The notes beneath the pieces were generated by a model. The model was not told where the DNA came from, searched no databases, and saw only the letters and a list, made by a program, of their open reading frames with translations. Source: a virus. Taken from it: a stretch of 64,000 nucleotides of DNA. The stretch is taken from positions 26,726-90,725 of IMG/VR virus record IMGVR_UViG_3300032220_001356, one strand, 5' to 3'. The translations under genes and the position numbers were made by a program. Position 1 is the stretch's first letter; every line of letters starts with the position of its first letter. This document shows, piece after piece, positions 37,301-49,300 of the stretch.

Positions 37301-40300
37301 AACTATTTCTTCTCTTTTGAAAAGAGTATGTATCGCACAATTAGCGATGAAATGCTAAAAATGTTTAGCACAATCGTTAATTTCAATAATTTAGTTGGTG
37401 ATCCGGTAAACAAATATAGAAAAGAGTATAAAGATTTACGTTACTTACGCACACTTTTCTTCCAAGAAGTTCAAAATGAACCAGAACTTGATAAATACTT
37501 AGATTTCTATAAGTGGATCGATTCATCACTTGGTAAATTGTTGTTGCAACTTGTTCCAGCATCAGCAGAAACATCACATGGTCTTTTAAATGTTGTTGAA
37601 AATCATGCATTTACAAGAAACAAACATCAATATAAGTTCCCAACTTTAGAATTTACAGACCCAGTTTTAGAAGCTGGTATGAATACAATCAATATACATT
37701 TGTATAATTGGAAGTTTGGACATAGACCAATAAGCAATTTAGAAGATGAAAATTGTTTATATTGGAACGCAAAAGCTGAACGTAATGTTGCTCCAATTTC
37801 ATCCTCAGTTTCTTCTGTCAATACAACAAGACAACAAATACTTTCTGTAACATTACAAGCTTTAAATCGTTCTTTTACAACTGCTCAAAGATATAAAGTT
37901 GATTTTTCTGACGAATATAAAGGTGGACCAAATTTCCACAAGAATAAGAAAATTGATTTTATGAAAATTGCCACGGCTCCACACGGACCAATGGATGCTG
38001 ATGACGTAATAAATGTACCAGCAAATTATCTTTTCATCGGCGTTGAAAATACAAGCTCAGTTATAAAAGATTGTAACGATATTTACAACCCATCTAAAAA
38101 AGTAAAATATAGTTTTGATGTTGTTCATGGTCGCGATTATCTTTCTTCCTCCTTGGGATATGGAGAAGTATTAAAATCTGATTTAGCAATCCCAGCAAAC
38201 TTTGTAAGTGGTAATGTCACAACCGGCTATAATGCTGAAGTTGTTGATAGATTTATGAGTGGGGTAATTATCACAAACTTGCACAATGATTCGTATGGTG
38301 ATCAAAAAGAAATCCCCGCACAAGGTCCATTTACCAATCAATGGATGGGTGGTTTACAATCTAGACACATTGAACTTAATCAAGGAACAGATGATTACAC
38401 AACACGCCCAGAAGGATGGAAACTATTAATTGGACAACTTGGAACTTCTTCTTACCAAGCAACTCTTGGATTTGTAGGTGCTGATTATCCATATCCAGAA
38501 GGAAATCCAGACGAACCATCATATCCAGTTAGAGTACACAAGAGAGCAACATATTACAGAGATTTTACCGCTAAATCTCCATACAATATTAAAAACATAG
38601 GCTCTACTCGTCCTGCTGTTCTTGCTCGTCCTTCTTCGCCACCAACTGGTACTCTTTCAATTGGTAATTTCTATCACAGATATGAATATTTCCATACATT
38701 TGGAAAAACCAATAATAATAAACTTTTAGTTGATAATGCAACTTCTAGCTTGTCACAAACAGAGCTATTCGGTATTTTACGTACAGATATTGTTGATGGT
38801 AGAGTAAACTTTACCTTACCAACACAACTTCGTTCTGAAACAATAATAGGAAACAAGTTTTCCTCTCCCGGCGATTATAGAACAATGTCGAGAGGTTATT
38901 TGAATCTTTATGCAGAAGAATTATCACCATATAACGTTCAACCATTTAAGAATAGAAAGATCATTGGTGATGGTAGAAGAGTCAATCCTGTTTTAACAAA
39001 TGATTCAATACTTTACATACCAGAAATAATTTCTGGCTCAAACAAAGAATTAAATCCATTGACAGCAATTCCATCTTTTGCTGGTTATCAAAGTGGCTCT
39101 ACTACAATTGCTTCTTTACACAAAGTTCCAAGAAATGGCGGTTGGCAGACACAATATTCTGGTACTTCTGTTGTCACAACACAAAAATATGATAACGGAT
39201 TCTATCGTTATGAAATTCCAAAAACAGATGCTCAATATTCTTGGATTAAGTATTCTGTTTCCTCTACTAATAAAGATTTATTAGAATACCAAGGACACCT
39301 TCCAGAATCACTACCAACTGGTTCTATTTCTTATGTTCCAATTTTGACTCTTTTAACACAAAGTTTGGTTGGTGTTAGTGGAGCCAGTAACCTATATGGT
39401 CTTGAAAACCCAACAATACCAGTTGATTTTGCACATATGAACACGATTATTAATGATGTGGTTATAACAGGAAGCAATACACTTGGTACAACAACTGAGA
39501 CTAATTATATAACTGATTTTGCAACCATAAATATTGCTAGAATACCAAGAATTTTAAATGGCGTTAATTTAAACAGAAATGGTCCTTATGGCTATTCTTC
39601 TTTTAAACAAGTAAGAGCAAAAAATAAGATAATTACTGCACTTGATAAAAATGCAAAGTTTTCTTTTGTTGATAGCAGAGGAAAGCTTAACAACTACGAA
39701 GAACCATCTGTTTATTTCAATGAAACATTGAAATATCAATTATTGAATACTTACGATTCATCAAGCTATGAAATTGAAACTACATTTAGAAATAACTTAC
39801 AAAAATATGAAAGTCCAAGAATAAAGAATAAAATCGTTGTTCCATCATCTGGATTGTCTAGCTATTCATTGTTGCTAACAAATTTGTTCATCAATCCAAA
39901 TTTGCGATTGTTGGACTTAACATACGAAGTGCAAATATATCCACAATTTGAATTCTCTACTATCAACAGACTTCGTAGAAGAACAACATATACATTTGAC
40001 ACTTGGCGTGATTCAAGAGCAAACAGACAAGACACATCCGTCATTGATCCAGCAACATCTAGAACAATTCCAACACAAAGTGCGTGGCCTTTAGATAGTA
40101 GAATTGATTTGTCAACACCATATTTAAGCAATTCATCTGGTGGTGATGGTGTGTTGCAAAATGCCTATTCTTCTATTCACAATGGAGTTACAAGTAGCAT
40201 TACAGCAAGTGTTCTATACTCTTTCAAGCATATGCTTGGCTCTAATAATAGCTGGGCTTCACCTAGTGTTAAGACCGGATATGATTCAAGTACACAATAT

Positions 40301-43078
40301 TTGAACACAACAAATGGATTGTTCGACGGAACAGCAAAATGGCAAGTCCCAGAAACCAGCGAATATAATAAGCCATACTACGATTCTTACAATGATTGGT
40401 TTGGTATGATCAAGTACAAAGGCAAAAATTATCAAATTATGCCAGAGTACAGAATTTCCAATACAGATAGAAACATGGTATTGGCAGTAAATAATCTTTT
40501 ACTGGAAGATGAACAATTAAATACAATGGTATTGCCCGGTTCACCAGCAGATCCACCAGATAGACCACAAGAATTTAAAGTAACATACTTTGAAAGCAAC
40601 ACAATTGAGTTAGCAGAACAAGTTATGACAGATATGTCATCAATCACAAAGACTGCAAGCTTGACATTAATTTGCGATGCAATAGTTAAATTAAATCCAG
40701 AAGATTCTTTCTATCCAGTTAACAGAACATTAGATTTAGCAGAGTATTTTTACAGAACAATAGTAACAAGTAGTCTATTCTGGACAAGTAGCGCAATTCC
40801 AGAAAATGAATATACAAATACAAATGTTGCAACTAGAAACTTTATGACTCCTATGTTTGCACCCGGTATTATGTATAACACCATAAAATCTGGTATTGCT
40901 GTTGATTTTCCAGTTTTAACTTCAAGTATATTAGTAACTTCAAGTTATGTTGATGCTACTGCATCTGCATCTGGCGCTATTGATTATAAAATCAATAATC
41001 CTACATTTGATGCTAGATTACCATTTGAAACGCTATATGATCCAGATAGTTACTTAAAACGTAAATCAATTATTGATCTTTACCCACATCCATCTGCATC
41101 TTTAAACATAACTGGTTCTTGGACAGGCACATCATATACAGAATTGTATAAGTATGCAATACACAATTTCTTGTCTGAAATAGTAGACTTTTATTTACCA
41201 GAAGGTAAATTAACTTCACTAATCTCAAAGCCAGAAATAAATTTCCAAATCGTTCAACCCAACAAACAATATCGTGCGTTAATTAAGCTTTATAAGAGTA
41301 AAGCAAGTCCAGTATTGAACGTGGAAACTCCCGGTCCTTTGGTCACAAATTATACAAGACCACAATTCTTGCCAAAAGAAAGAGAAAGCATTTTAATGTA
41401 CAATAGAGCTAGTGCTTTCGGCCCTCCAGTTAATGGTGGTTTAGTTTCCGGTTCTGTGTCTGATATAGATTCATCAAATGGATATTATTCTCCATTTACT
41501 CCTCCATATTATGATGGTGAAGCTTGGGTATTGTTGACCTACAATCCAACTGGTTCTGTTCCATATAGACCAAGTTTGGATGAAATTATTAACAATATAA
41601 CAGCCTCTTATTTAAGATACGAATTTAATTCTGGAACCTTATCTGACGATTCTGCACCTCTTGCATATGGCAAACTTAATTTGAACTCAATGCAAGCAAG
41701 TGCATCGTTGAACTTATTTAATGTTATCAATATTGACCAAACAACTTTAAATAATATTTCAAATAACTCAACTACCGTAGAAGGTTCAAAAGTTTGGGCA
41801 ATACAAACTAAATTTGAAACTCCAATTTTAGATTATGCGTCCACAATCACGATTGACTCTGGTAGCCAAGCCAACGAAACTGCTGGTGTTTGGCACCAAC
41901 TTGGCTCAATAATAGAAGGTGTTGGAAGAACGGCAGATGGTATTTTCTTACAAGTTACTGATATACCAAATGATTATATACTATATGGCGCTGAAGCTGA
42001 CGAAAAAAGAGCAGAACCAACAGGAAGAAGTCTTGCAGCAACAGGTTCTTTGGCTGACGTTGTAGGATTCTCCAAAGAACCAGTAAGACTTGGACAACTT
42101 GCTAAAAGCAAGAATATCAAAGAAGCAGTTGTTGCGATACCATATTTACTGGAAGAAACAGGTGGTACACCATTAAGAGTGTTCTTCTCTTACAATACAA
42201 CTAACAAAAACTATGTTTCTTTCTTAAAATCACCAGCTTCTGCAACTACCACTTTTGCCGATGATGCATTAGTACCAGAGTCCATTAAACGTCAAATTTC
42301 ATTGATGCAAGAATATGTTATACCACCCGGTATGGATTTCATGAAAAACGATGGAGTTGTTCCATTTAGTATGTATATTTTTGAATTTGAATATAATTTG
42401 ACTCAACAAGATTTGGCAAATATTTGGCAAGGAATAATGCCAAGTATTTCATATAATTTTGCAGAACAAAGCAAATCTATTACTCACGAATTAACTTTTG
42501 ATGATTCCGAATTGCTAGATGCAAACGAAATAACTGATAAAATTAGATGGCTTGTATTTAAAGTTAAGAAGAAAGCAAAAAATAATTATAACAATAAATT
42601 ATTCCAATCATTAAAAACTAATTCTTTCGTAAATACAATCAACAAAATTCAATCAATCGGAAGACCAGATACAGATAGATTTGCTGGTACAGAAGAATTA
42701 GATTTTTCTTTCAATTGGCCTTATGATAATTTCTCTTTAGTAGAAATGGCTAAAATAAATGCAAAATTAAAATTCTTCTCAACTCCTGTTGGAATAAGAG
42801 CAGACATTGGTGATATTCCAGTATTAGATGCCAACAATCTTTCAAATGCTTCTAATTCAAATATACCAGATTTAAGCTCTACAGCATTTGCAAATGCAGC
42901 AGAACTACGTGAAAGAATAAGAAATATTGAAATTGCTGATCAAATTGGCATCCCAAGCGTAAGTGTAACTACCGACGCCATTACCACTCCAATATTTGTT
43001 GAGGATTTAAGTAGTGCTGATACTGGAAGTGCAAGTGAGAGAATAATTGAACCACCAGTTAAAACAACGCTTCGATAA
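34295..43078 (+). CDS. Giant virion protein with LamG/concanavalin-like domains and a baseplate-wedge segment
   Basis: STEFWLK, WNHYAV, FYVNG, GSIDEFRYW, YYKFNEG (LamG); IYKSKGTEKSFRNLLRCFG (wedge/gp7-like motif); 2927 aa. Confidence 0.75.
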   Translation: MSLKDLFNVTKVLPPISNEQIAEDVESVQLLDSYTYEKNRIEFAVDYSTASNFAIYGSAKQYYQDAFARIYEQFPYDGSKKEKIDWENSSSLLDIWIYENVYPRTTGYATFSPNGWSARIGSLVSGYGEPTTKEYISIKGGPNTNSGNTLIEKFKDASNQSPKSNVLNLAVQRGNNLEFNLSGGVSTEFWLKKQSFINSSTSKEVIFDLWNNETSSSATYGRLTLELSGTTTGSPFYLTILSGTTGFSSLNIGSNITTASVANNAWNHYAVVAQNSGSTINVKFYVNGELNQTIASGINIGEVTGSMLANIGALRTAVSGTATDIGWGKLSGSIDEFRYWKTARTSKDIGRYWWTNIHGGANTDEANTDLGVYYKFNEGITLTSSVDSIVLDYSGRITNGAWTGYTTNSRNTGSAIDSYAVELSPEERDPIIYSTHPDVVSALTLYTTLGEDHDYINPNSLYRSFPDWMVNTDTGELLKLTQIVSSYLDSLYLQIKNFTNIKEHYSNVQIDEKPFPFSKMLGESLGLITPDIFIDATLFEQVMSRDEDRTYEDKLNEVKNIIYENIYSNLQGIYKSKGTEKSFRNLLRCFGIDESIVKMNIYANNDSKIVRDDLTNISLKKKSLNFNDPDRFGSTIYQFSTSSYGASNSYILGSSSYDYLPLTFEIDTIFPKKIKKTQNNFFPTTFLTSSIFGVHSAVSTSTDLTWAANDYFNFQVFAVRPEYESEHATFYLSSSNPSIPVLSSSYNLYVYDNEKWNFAVRFLPTALGNADLVGGTTSGSYTLEFYGVSTIGDTIIREFSSSAVIPYASGSNMARANKRVYVGAERTNFTGSLVKESDIKVLDLKVWSSYLDNEEIKSHARDSDNYGSKLAGRSYYLTDGNLNNFWIPKLDTLLLHWDFNLVTGSDGGSGVLNVSDGKFIVNDLTSGSLTYDRYGSVFNNIKKYDYIGRGDYFLQNDNTITDTQYLFSSRINEFENIQNSNLVYVLTTDEQNQTRIRDTRPINYFFSFEKSMYRTISDEMLKMFSTIVNFNNLVGDPVNKYRKEYKDLRYLRTLFFQEVQNEPELDKYLDFYKWIDSSLGKLLLQLVPASAETSHGLLNVVENHAFTRNKHQYKFPTLEFTDPVLEAGMNTINIHLYNWKFGHRPISNLEDENCLYWNAKAERNVAPISSSVSSVNTTRQQILSVTLQALNRSFTTAQRYKVDFSDEYKGGPNFHKNKKIDFMKIATAPHGPMDADDVINVPANYLFIGVENTSSVIKDCNDIYNPSKKVKYSFDVVHGRDYLSSSLGYGEVLKSDLAIPANFVSGNVTTGYNAEVVDRFMSGVIITNLHNDSYGDQKEIPAQGPFTNQWMGGLQSRHIELNQGTDDYTTRPEGWKLLIGQLGTSSYQATLGFVGADYPYPEGNPDEPSYPVRVHKRATYYRDFTAKSPYNIKNIGSTRPAVLARPSSPPTGTLSIGNFYHRYEYFHTFGKTNNNKLLVDNATSSLSQTELFGILRTDIVDGRVNFTLPTQLRSETIIGNKFSSPGDYRTMSRGYLNLYAEELSPYNVQPFKNRKIIGDGRRVNPVLTNDSILYIPEIISGSNKELNPLTAIPSFAGYQSGSTTIASLHKVPRNGGWQTQYSGTSVVTTQKYDNGFYRYEIPKTDAQYSWIKYSVSSTNKDLLEYQGHLPESLPTGSISYVPILTLLTQSLVGVSGASNLYGLENPTIPVDFAHMNTIINDVVITGSNTLGTTTETNYITDFATINIARIPRILNGVNLNRNGPYGYSSFKQVRAKNKIITALDKNAKFSFVDSRGKLNNYEEPSVYFNETLKYQLLNTYDSSSYEIETTFRNNLQKYESPRIKNKIVVPSSGLSSYSLLLTNLFINPNLRLLDLTYEVQIYPQFEFSTINRLRRRTTYTFDTWRDSRANRQDTSVIDPATSRTIPTQSAWPLDSRIDLSTPYLSNSSGGDGVLQNAYSSIHNGVTSSITASVLYSFKHMLGSNNSWASPSVKTGYDSSTQYLNTTNGLFDGTAKWQVPETSEYNKPYYDSYNDWFGMIKYKGKNYQIMPEYRISNTDRNMVLAVNNLLLEDEQLNTMVLPGSPADPPDRPQEFKVTYFESNTIELAEQVMTDMSSITKTASLTLICDAIVKLNPEDSFYPVNRTLDLAEYFYRTIVTSSLFWTSSAIPENEYTNTNVATRNFMTPMFAPGIMYNTIKSGIAVDFPVLTSSILVTSSYVDATASASGAIDYKINNPTFDARLPFETLYDPDSYLKRKSIIDLYPHPSASLNITGSWTGTSYTELYKYAIHNFLSEIVDFYLPEGKLTSLISKPEINFQIVQPNKQYRALIKLYKSKASPVLNVETPGPLVTNYTRPQFLPKERESILMYNRASAFGPPVNGGLVSGSVSDIDSSNGYYSPFTPPYYDGEAWVLLTYNPTGSVPYRPSLDEIINNITASYLRYEFNSGTLSDDSAPLAYGKLNLNSMQASASLNLFNVINIDQTTLNNISNNSTTVEGSKVWAIQTKFETPILDYASTITIDSGSQANETAGVWHQLGSIIEGVGRTADGIFLQVTDIPNDYILYGAEADEKRAEPTGRSLAATGSLADVVGFSKEPVRLGQLAKSKNIKEAVVAIPYLLEETGGTPLRVFFSYNTTNKNYVSFLKSPASATTTFADDALVPESIKRQISLMQEYVIPPGMDFMKNDGVVPFSMYIFEFEYNLTQQDLANIWQGIMPSISYNFAEQSKSITHELTFDDSELLDANEITDKIRWLVFKVKKKAKNNYNNKLFQSLKTNSFVNTINKIQSIGRPDTDRFAGTEELDFSFNWPYDNFSLVEMAKINAKLKFFSTPVGIRADIGDIPVLDANNLSNASNSNIPDLSSTAFANAAELRERIRNIEIADQIGIPSVSVTTDAITTPIFVEDLSSADTGSASERIIEPPVKTTLR

Positions 43079-43104
43079 AAAACAATTTTCCGGATATTTA
43101 TAAT

Positions 43105-44082
43105 ATGGCATTTTTTAATTCCAAAGAAGAAGTATATGATATTGAACTAACGCAATATGGTAAACTTTTGTTGTCAAGAGGTTTGTTAAAACCTGCATAT
43201 TATTCTTTGCACGATGATGATGTACTATACGATTCGGACTATGCAGGAGTTGAAGAAAATACAAACTACGCAGAAGTGCGTATTCAAGATGAAACACCGG
43301 TTCATAAAACTTTTTATGATTTTAAAGAATTAAGACCAATTATAAATTTTGATTTAAATCAGCAACTTTTTAGAATTCAAAAGTCTAATCACGCTATAAG
43401 AAAACCAATTGTTGCATATAATAGTTTATCAAATTCAACAATATCAAACCATTATATTCCTGCTTGGGAAATAAATAACTTATCAACTAATTTTACATCT
43501 AGCTCTCGCACATTTACTAATCTAAATGTCATTAGCGCATCAATACCACAATTTAATGTTGAAGTTGATACATTATTCATCAAGGCAGATGCAGACGTTT
43601 TAGAAACAAATCGTTCGCTAAGAGTCTTATCAGAACTTGAAGAAACCACCGATAATTTAGATGAATTTACATACATCTGTGTAAATAAACCAATTTTGTT
43701 CCAAATTATTGAACATAATTGTGATTTCAAACATGACGCTTTTGAATACGAAGTCTATAAAGTATCAGAAGAAGATGGAAAAGAAATCTATACACAACTA
43801 AAACTCTCAAAAGAAATAACTAATTACGACGAGCAGACCGATTTATACGTGCAAAATTCAAATATGTTTTTAGAAGAATTAAATCAAACATATGCAGATT
43901 ACTTCTTCAATATTTCTGTTGATAGAGAAATTGGCGTTTTAGATGCTTGTAGATACATTTTGCGTGATCAAGATAATATCGATTTAATATTTGATGATAT
44001 TTCTATATGTGATGATATAAGAGAAAGTATAAGAACTAGTGGCTTATACGACGGATTGCCACCAGATGGAGAATCTTGTTAA
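43105..44082 (+). CDS. Tail/baseplate structural protein (N-terminus paralogous to 49541-50491)
   Basis: MAFFNSKEEVYDIELTQYGKLLLSRG..DDDVLY resembles MAFLDNSGDIILDAVLTDTGRYRLAKG..DDEINY. Confidence 0.6.
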   Translation: MAFFNSKEEVYDIELTQYGKLLLSRGLLKPAYYSLHDDDVLYDSDYAGVEENTNYAEVRIQDETPVHKTFYDFKELRPIINFDLNQQLFRIQKSNHAIRKPIVAYNSLSNSTISNHYIPAWEINNLSTNFTSSSRTFTNLNVISASIPQFNVEVDTLFIKADADVLETNRSLRVLSELEETTDNLDEFTYICVNKPILFQIIEHNCDFKHDAFEYEVYKVSEEDGKEIYTQLKLSKEITNYDEQTDLYVQNSNMFLEELNQTYADYFFNISVDREIGVLDACRYILRDQDNIDLIFDDISICDDIRESIRTSGLYDGLPPDGESC

Positions 44083-46358
44083 TGAAAGTTTTTGAAAGAA
44101 TAGGTAGCGATCCTTTTACACCTTCGATATCGCTCAATAGTATTGTCCTTAATAATGTTTTTACACAAGTTTCTTCTATTCCCGGCTCTACACAATCTAG
44201 CGAAATTACATCAAATAACATAAATATATTTTTTGAATTATCAAATATAAAAAACAATTTATTACCTATAATAAACGATCCTAACTTTTTAAACTATACA
44301 AATATAGATTTTATCGTTTTTGGTCAACAACAACAATATGATAAGTTTTATCAATCAATAAATCAAAAACAATATTCATCTAATTCCATATCTGAACTTG
44401 CAAAATCTATTGATAAAAGCGTAATTGTTCAAACTTTGAAATTATCAAATATTCCAAGTGTTGCCCAAGCCAACCAAATGCCGCAAACATTGGCTCAAGC
44501 AAATCAAATGCCAAACATTGGTTCAAATGTATTTATTGACAATATTGATCCAAAACAAGATATAATTTTGGTTATTATTGCTTCATTGGATTTCAAAGCT
44601 TATTATCAAAAAAACGATTTAACAGGTACACAACAGGATTTATATGATTCAATAAAAGAAATTTACAATATTGAATTAATAAAATACAATGTTTTGGTAA
44701 AAAACCAAATCGTAATTGATCAAATACCAGAAAACAACATTGTAAGTGACGTTAGACAAATTAACGAATTAAACAATATTTATTTAGATTTAACTAACAA
44801 CATTACAATCAATACCACTTTTGAAGAAAAACCATCTTATATATCAGATATCTTCACTTCATATGATTATAAAAATAACATTATAAGAAGCTATTTCTTC
44901 TTTAATATCAAAAAGTTTATTACCAATAGCTGCTTATTTGGCAATGTTTATAATGCTCACACAATACAAGAAATTGAGAGTGTTTTAGCAAACAATAATT
45001 GTATAAATATTGAAGTAATTAAAAACAATCTTGATTCTAAAGAGCAAGTGTGTTCTTTTTCTACTTCCTATCAAACAATAAAAAGTGCAAACAAAAACGT
45101 TACATTAATTAACGAGCTTACAACAGACGAAAATATATGTTTTTCATTTTTTGAAGAAATGCCTCAAAGTATAAAACAGCAATTTAATTATACAATTAGT
45201 GTTAATTACTATGAAGTATTTTTCACTCAATATTACAACCCTTCACCATATCAAAATAGTGGAGTTTATTTTGATACACTTGGTTATTTAGAGGATGTTA
45301 GAAAATATATTACAAATACACAAAATGTTTCTAATTCTGGAACTTTTATAAATCTTCGTAATGCACCTCAAAAATCGTTAGATTTATTAATTGATAATTT
45401 GTTTTTGTTATTTAATTTATTTTCTAATACAAATATTGATAATGCTATAAAACAAAAAATTAGAAACTCTTTAAACTTTAAAACATCAACTAAAGCTGCA
45501 CATGAACAATTTATAAAGTTTGCAGACAATTCATTAAACAAGATTGTGAGTATTTTTACAAGTTTTAGATTCAAATATGTGACTTATTCAAAAAACGGAA
45601 ATATGAATAAATTTGCAAATAACAAATTTTATTTTCTTATTGATTCTTTTACCGATTCTCCAAGTAATCCAAAGACAACTATTGAAGCTGTACAAAATAG
45701 CAAAGCAAAATACTTTGTTGAGAAAAACAACAATTTATTAACTTCATACATGATAGAACCATCTCAAATAAATGAAGCAAATCCAATAACATATAAAATA
45801 ATCAATTCTTCACTAAGTCTAAAAAATGAACAAATTTCATATTCATCAGATTACTCTAATATATCTTTCATTTTTGATAGTTTTGGTTCAACAATTAAAA
45901 AAACAAGTGTAAATTCTATTTCAACTTTAGGTAATTCCGCTTCAACAAAAAGTAGAATTCTTCAAAATTCATCTGTAACAATTGATTCACTTGAGGTATC
46001 TGGCGAACGACCAACTGACTCAACAAAAGAAACAAAAAGCTTAATTGATGATGACAAAAATTCTAAAATAACCAATATTATTTCTAATATTGAATTGACA
46101 AATAAAATAAACACATTAAATAATACTATATTTTCTTTTGCATACTTATCTAATATGAACGAACAATTTTTAGTTCCACAATATACAATACAAATTTATG
46201 ATTTTGTTGCCAGACAATGGAAACAATTAGAAATTTCTAACAACACAAAATCGAAGAGTTATCTTGCAAGAACTATTTATACTGAAGGCGGCAATATTTA
46301 CAAATCCAACAATGTTGTGCCACCATTTGCAAATGAATATTTTATTGTAGATTTATAA
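44082..46358 (+). CDS. Hypothetical protein, Asn/Ile-rich
   Basis: TAATG overlap; long ORF in the tail cluster. Confidence 0.6.
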   Translation: MKVFERIGSDPFTPSISLNSIVLNNVFTQVSSIPGSTQSSEITSNNINIFFELSNIKNNLLPIINDPNFLNYTNIDFIVFGQQQQYDKFYQSINQKQYSSNSISELAKSIDKSVIVQTLKLSNIPSVAQANQMPQTLAQANQMPNIGSNVFIDNIDPKQDIILVIIASLDFKAYYQKNDLTGTQQDLYDSIKEIYNIELIKYNVLVKNQIVIDQIPENNIVSDVRQINELNNIYLDLTNNITINTTFEEKPSYISDIFTSYDYKNNIIRSYFFFNIKKFITNSCLFGNVYNAHTIQEIESVLANNNCINIEVIKNNLDSKEQVCSFSTSYQTIKSANKNVTLINELTTDENICFSFFEEMPQSIKQQFNYTISVNYYEVFFTQYYNPSPYQNSGVYFDTLGYLEDVRKYITNTQNVSNSGTFINLRNAPQKSLDLLIDNLFLLFNLFSNTNIDNAIKQKIRNSLNFKTSTKAAHEQFIKFADNSLNKIVSIFTSFRFKYVTYSKNGNMNKFANNKFYFLIDSFTDSPSNPKTTIEAVQNSKAKYFVEKNNNLLTSYMIEPSQINEANPITYKIINSSLSLKNEQISYSSDYSNISFIFDSFGSTIKKTSVNSISTLGNSASTKSRILQNSSVTIDSLEVSGERPTDSTKETKSLIDDDKNSKITNIISNIELTNKINTLNNTIFSFAYLSNMNEQFLVPQYTIQIYDFVARQWKQLEISNNTKSKSYLARTIYTEGGNIYKSNNVVPPFANEYFIVDL
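44461..44522 (+). repeat. Imperfect in-frame tandem duplication (AQANQMP twice)
   Basis: GCCCAAGCCAACCAAATGCC..AAACATTGG and GCTCAAGCAAATCAAATGCCAAACATTGG. Confidence 0.7.
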
Positions 46359-49300
46359 TGAAAAAAACTTATTATCCACCAAATCTTGTTTCCAATTTAT
46401 CAAACAGAGAACTAAAATTAAAGTTTCACGAAATTGGATACAGATTAAATAGAGAATTTTATTTTCCAACAACAACTGACGATAGTGCGATAATAAGCAT
46501 TATTAAAGAATTTTATACTGCATCCGGTATAGAAGACCCAATACTATCAGTATATCCAAATTATTTTGTAAAAACTCCAAATGGAATAGAAAACTTACAA
46601 AGAGAGACACATCCGTTTTATGGATTGTTTAATGTAGTAATTGGACCAAGATATTATGATCCATTGTATGGATATAGAAATAGTTTTGAAATTACAATAA
46701 ATAAAGAAATTTTAAAAGGTTTTATAGCTGTTTTTATAGTTGATGATATTTCTCTTATAGAAACTGATTATTTAGATGACTATTACAGCACTTTGTTTGT
46801 TATTGCACTAGAAGACTTAATAACAAATCTCACCACTACCATTACCCCATCTCCTTTATCTCCTTCCCTATCAATTCCAAAAAAGTTATTTTATTCTCGA
46901 TATTCTGTTAATAAACATACCGAACAAAGTGTGACTACATATACAGAAAATCCATTTTATTACAAGTTTGAATCACAATATAATTTCTACAATAGAAAAT
47001 ATGAAAATGTTTTTTCATCGGGCTCAACACTACCAGATTCAATAATACCAAATCTTTATGCATGTAATTCATACATTTATTTTGATGAACCAGAAAGAAT
47101 TAGAAAAGTTGTTTCTCTTGATGGTAGAGTACCAATTACTGAAGAATCGTTGTTAAATGAAAAATATTACACAGATTATGCTTCTGCTGTTGAGGCAATT
47201 ACTGATCCTGCGGAATTCAGCACTATTACAAAAACAAAGAATTATGTTTTAGATCCTGCCAACTCCAATATTTCATCCGTTCCACTTTCGTCAGAAAACT
47301 TTCCATATTGCGTAAAGATGAAGTTATCAAACTATTATTCTGATCCTGTTGAAACGTTTATGACGGAAAAGAAATTAAACACATATGTTGTTAATAATTC
47401 ACATTATTTGTTTAACAATGAAATATCAAAACCAACATCAATTTCTATAACTGGCAGCAATTTTTATGTAATAGAAGACGAAGTATTTTTGGTACCAAAT
47501 GAAGCAGGTTCATATGTTGGAGGAGATGGTAGAACATATGATGTAATAACTTCTGTAATTCAAAGTACACAAAGTGTAGACAATACAGATTATACAAATC
47601 TGTTTAACTACGACTCAGCATCGGCAGGATTTGTTGTTTATCCATATAGTGAATACAAGTTTTACTCAACTGAAAATAGAAATTACTTATCTTATTTATC
47701 AAGACCTTTGAGTGTTTTTACTTACTTAAACTTTAATTCTTTCCAAAAGACACTTTCAAGTCTTGTACAAGATTATTCAAGTGTTTTGAATTTAACAGAA
47801 TTGAGTGCTTATAATTTAAATTTTCAAGTAGAAAAAAGTGTTAGCGGTAGTGTAGTTAATAATTTTTCATTTTCAAGAAATGAAGATATTGAATTTTCAG
47901 TAGACGATACACAGGTTGTTTATGGTAAAACGTATGATTATCGTTTTTATGGAATTAATTACGTAAATTCATTTTCTTATGTGTTGAGCGACGTTTACAT
48001 AGGGTACAGCGGAACTATTGCACCAACAAGCTCGGGTACTTTAACACCACCAGAAATTTCAACGAGAGAACGTATAGAAGTTTTACCATACGGCTCAGAT
48101 GGATTGACATTTCCTGCTTCCAGTATCGAACTTGCTGGGGAAATTTTAAGTACGTCAGAAGGTTTACCAACACCAGATGTTTCTGTAACACCAAGTATCA
48201 TACCATCTACCGGTTTACCTTCTCCGATTACATCTAGAACTATACTTTCAGCTACGGAAATTGCAGATACTGCTCGCAGAGCATTATTATCTACTACCGA
48301 AAGAAGAAGACCAGCTTCTATTACATCTAGAAATGCTCCACCATTTTCTCTTGAAACAAGACCATTTCCAAATAAACCAGATATTAATTTCCCAACAATT
48401 CCTACACCATTACCAGAAAAAAGTCCAACCCCTCCAGCAATTATTGGAACAATAACTTTTGAGGATGATACAAAAATATATAAAAACTTTTTGTTCGATA
48501 AATCTTTTGCAGTTTTTGATAATCCTCCTCCACTTGTTGGCATACAAATATTGCCATTATTGAATTCGCCAAACAATCTTCTATTTTTATTAAATTCGTC
48601 AAACTTTTCTTATTTAGAAGAGCCAAGAATTATATATCCTAGTGATTTTGACTATTTTAGAAAATTAAGAATAATTCAAGATTTAGGAACAAAAAAGATA
48701 TTATTTGAAGGTGCTGATGATTTGGTGTCCGTTGATGTTTTTAGAACTACCACACCACCTAAGCGATATAGTGATTTTGCAGACTATTTCTATCGTTCTA
48801 TAGAATTTCAATTAGATGATTATGGTAGAACATCAGCAACAGATTTTATTGATTCTTTAGAGTTTAATACCAAATATTATTATACATTTAGAGGTATTGA
48901 TGTACACAACAATATTTCTAATGCAACCGAAGTTTATGAAGTCGAAATTGTTAACAACGATGGAGCTATTTATTCAATTGTTAAAAATTACGATTTAAGA
49001 GAAACAGGATTAGAATATCAATACACTAAACCATTTAAGAAATATATTTCTATTAATCCATCAATTTTTTATACTTCAATTCAACAAAATGAAGAAGGAA
49101 GAATAATTATTGGCGACAACAATAGTGGTATGTGGGGAGAGAAATTCAAAATCCGAGTTAGAAGTAAAGAAAGTGGTAAATGTTTTGATATTAATTTTAC
49201 ATTTAACAAAAAAACATACAACGCAATTGATGGTACTTCAGAATTAAACGATTTTGAACCAGAAGTGTTTGAACCCTCTTTAGATATTCCGGGTCCAACA

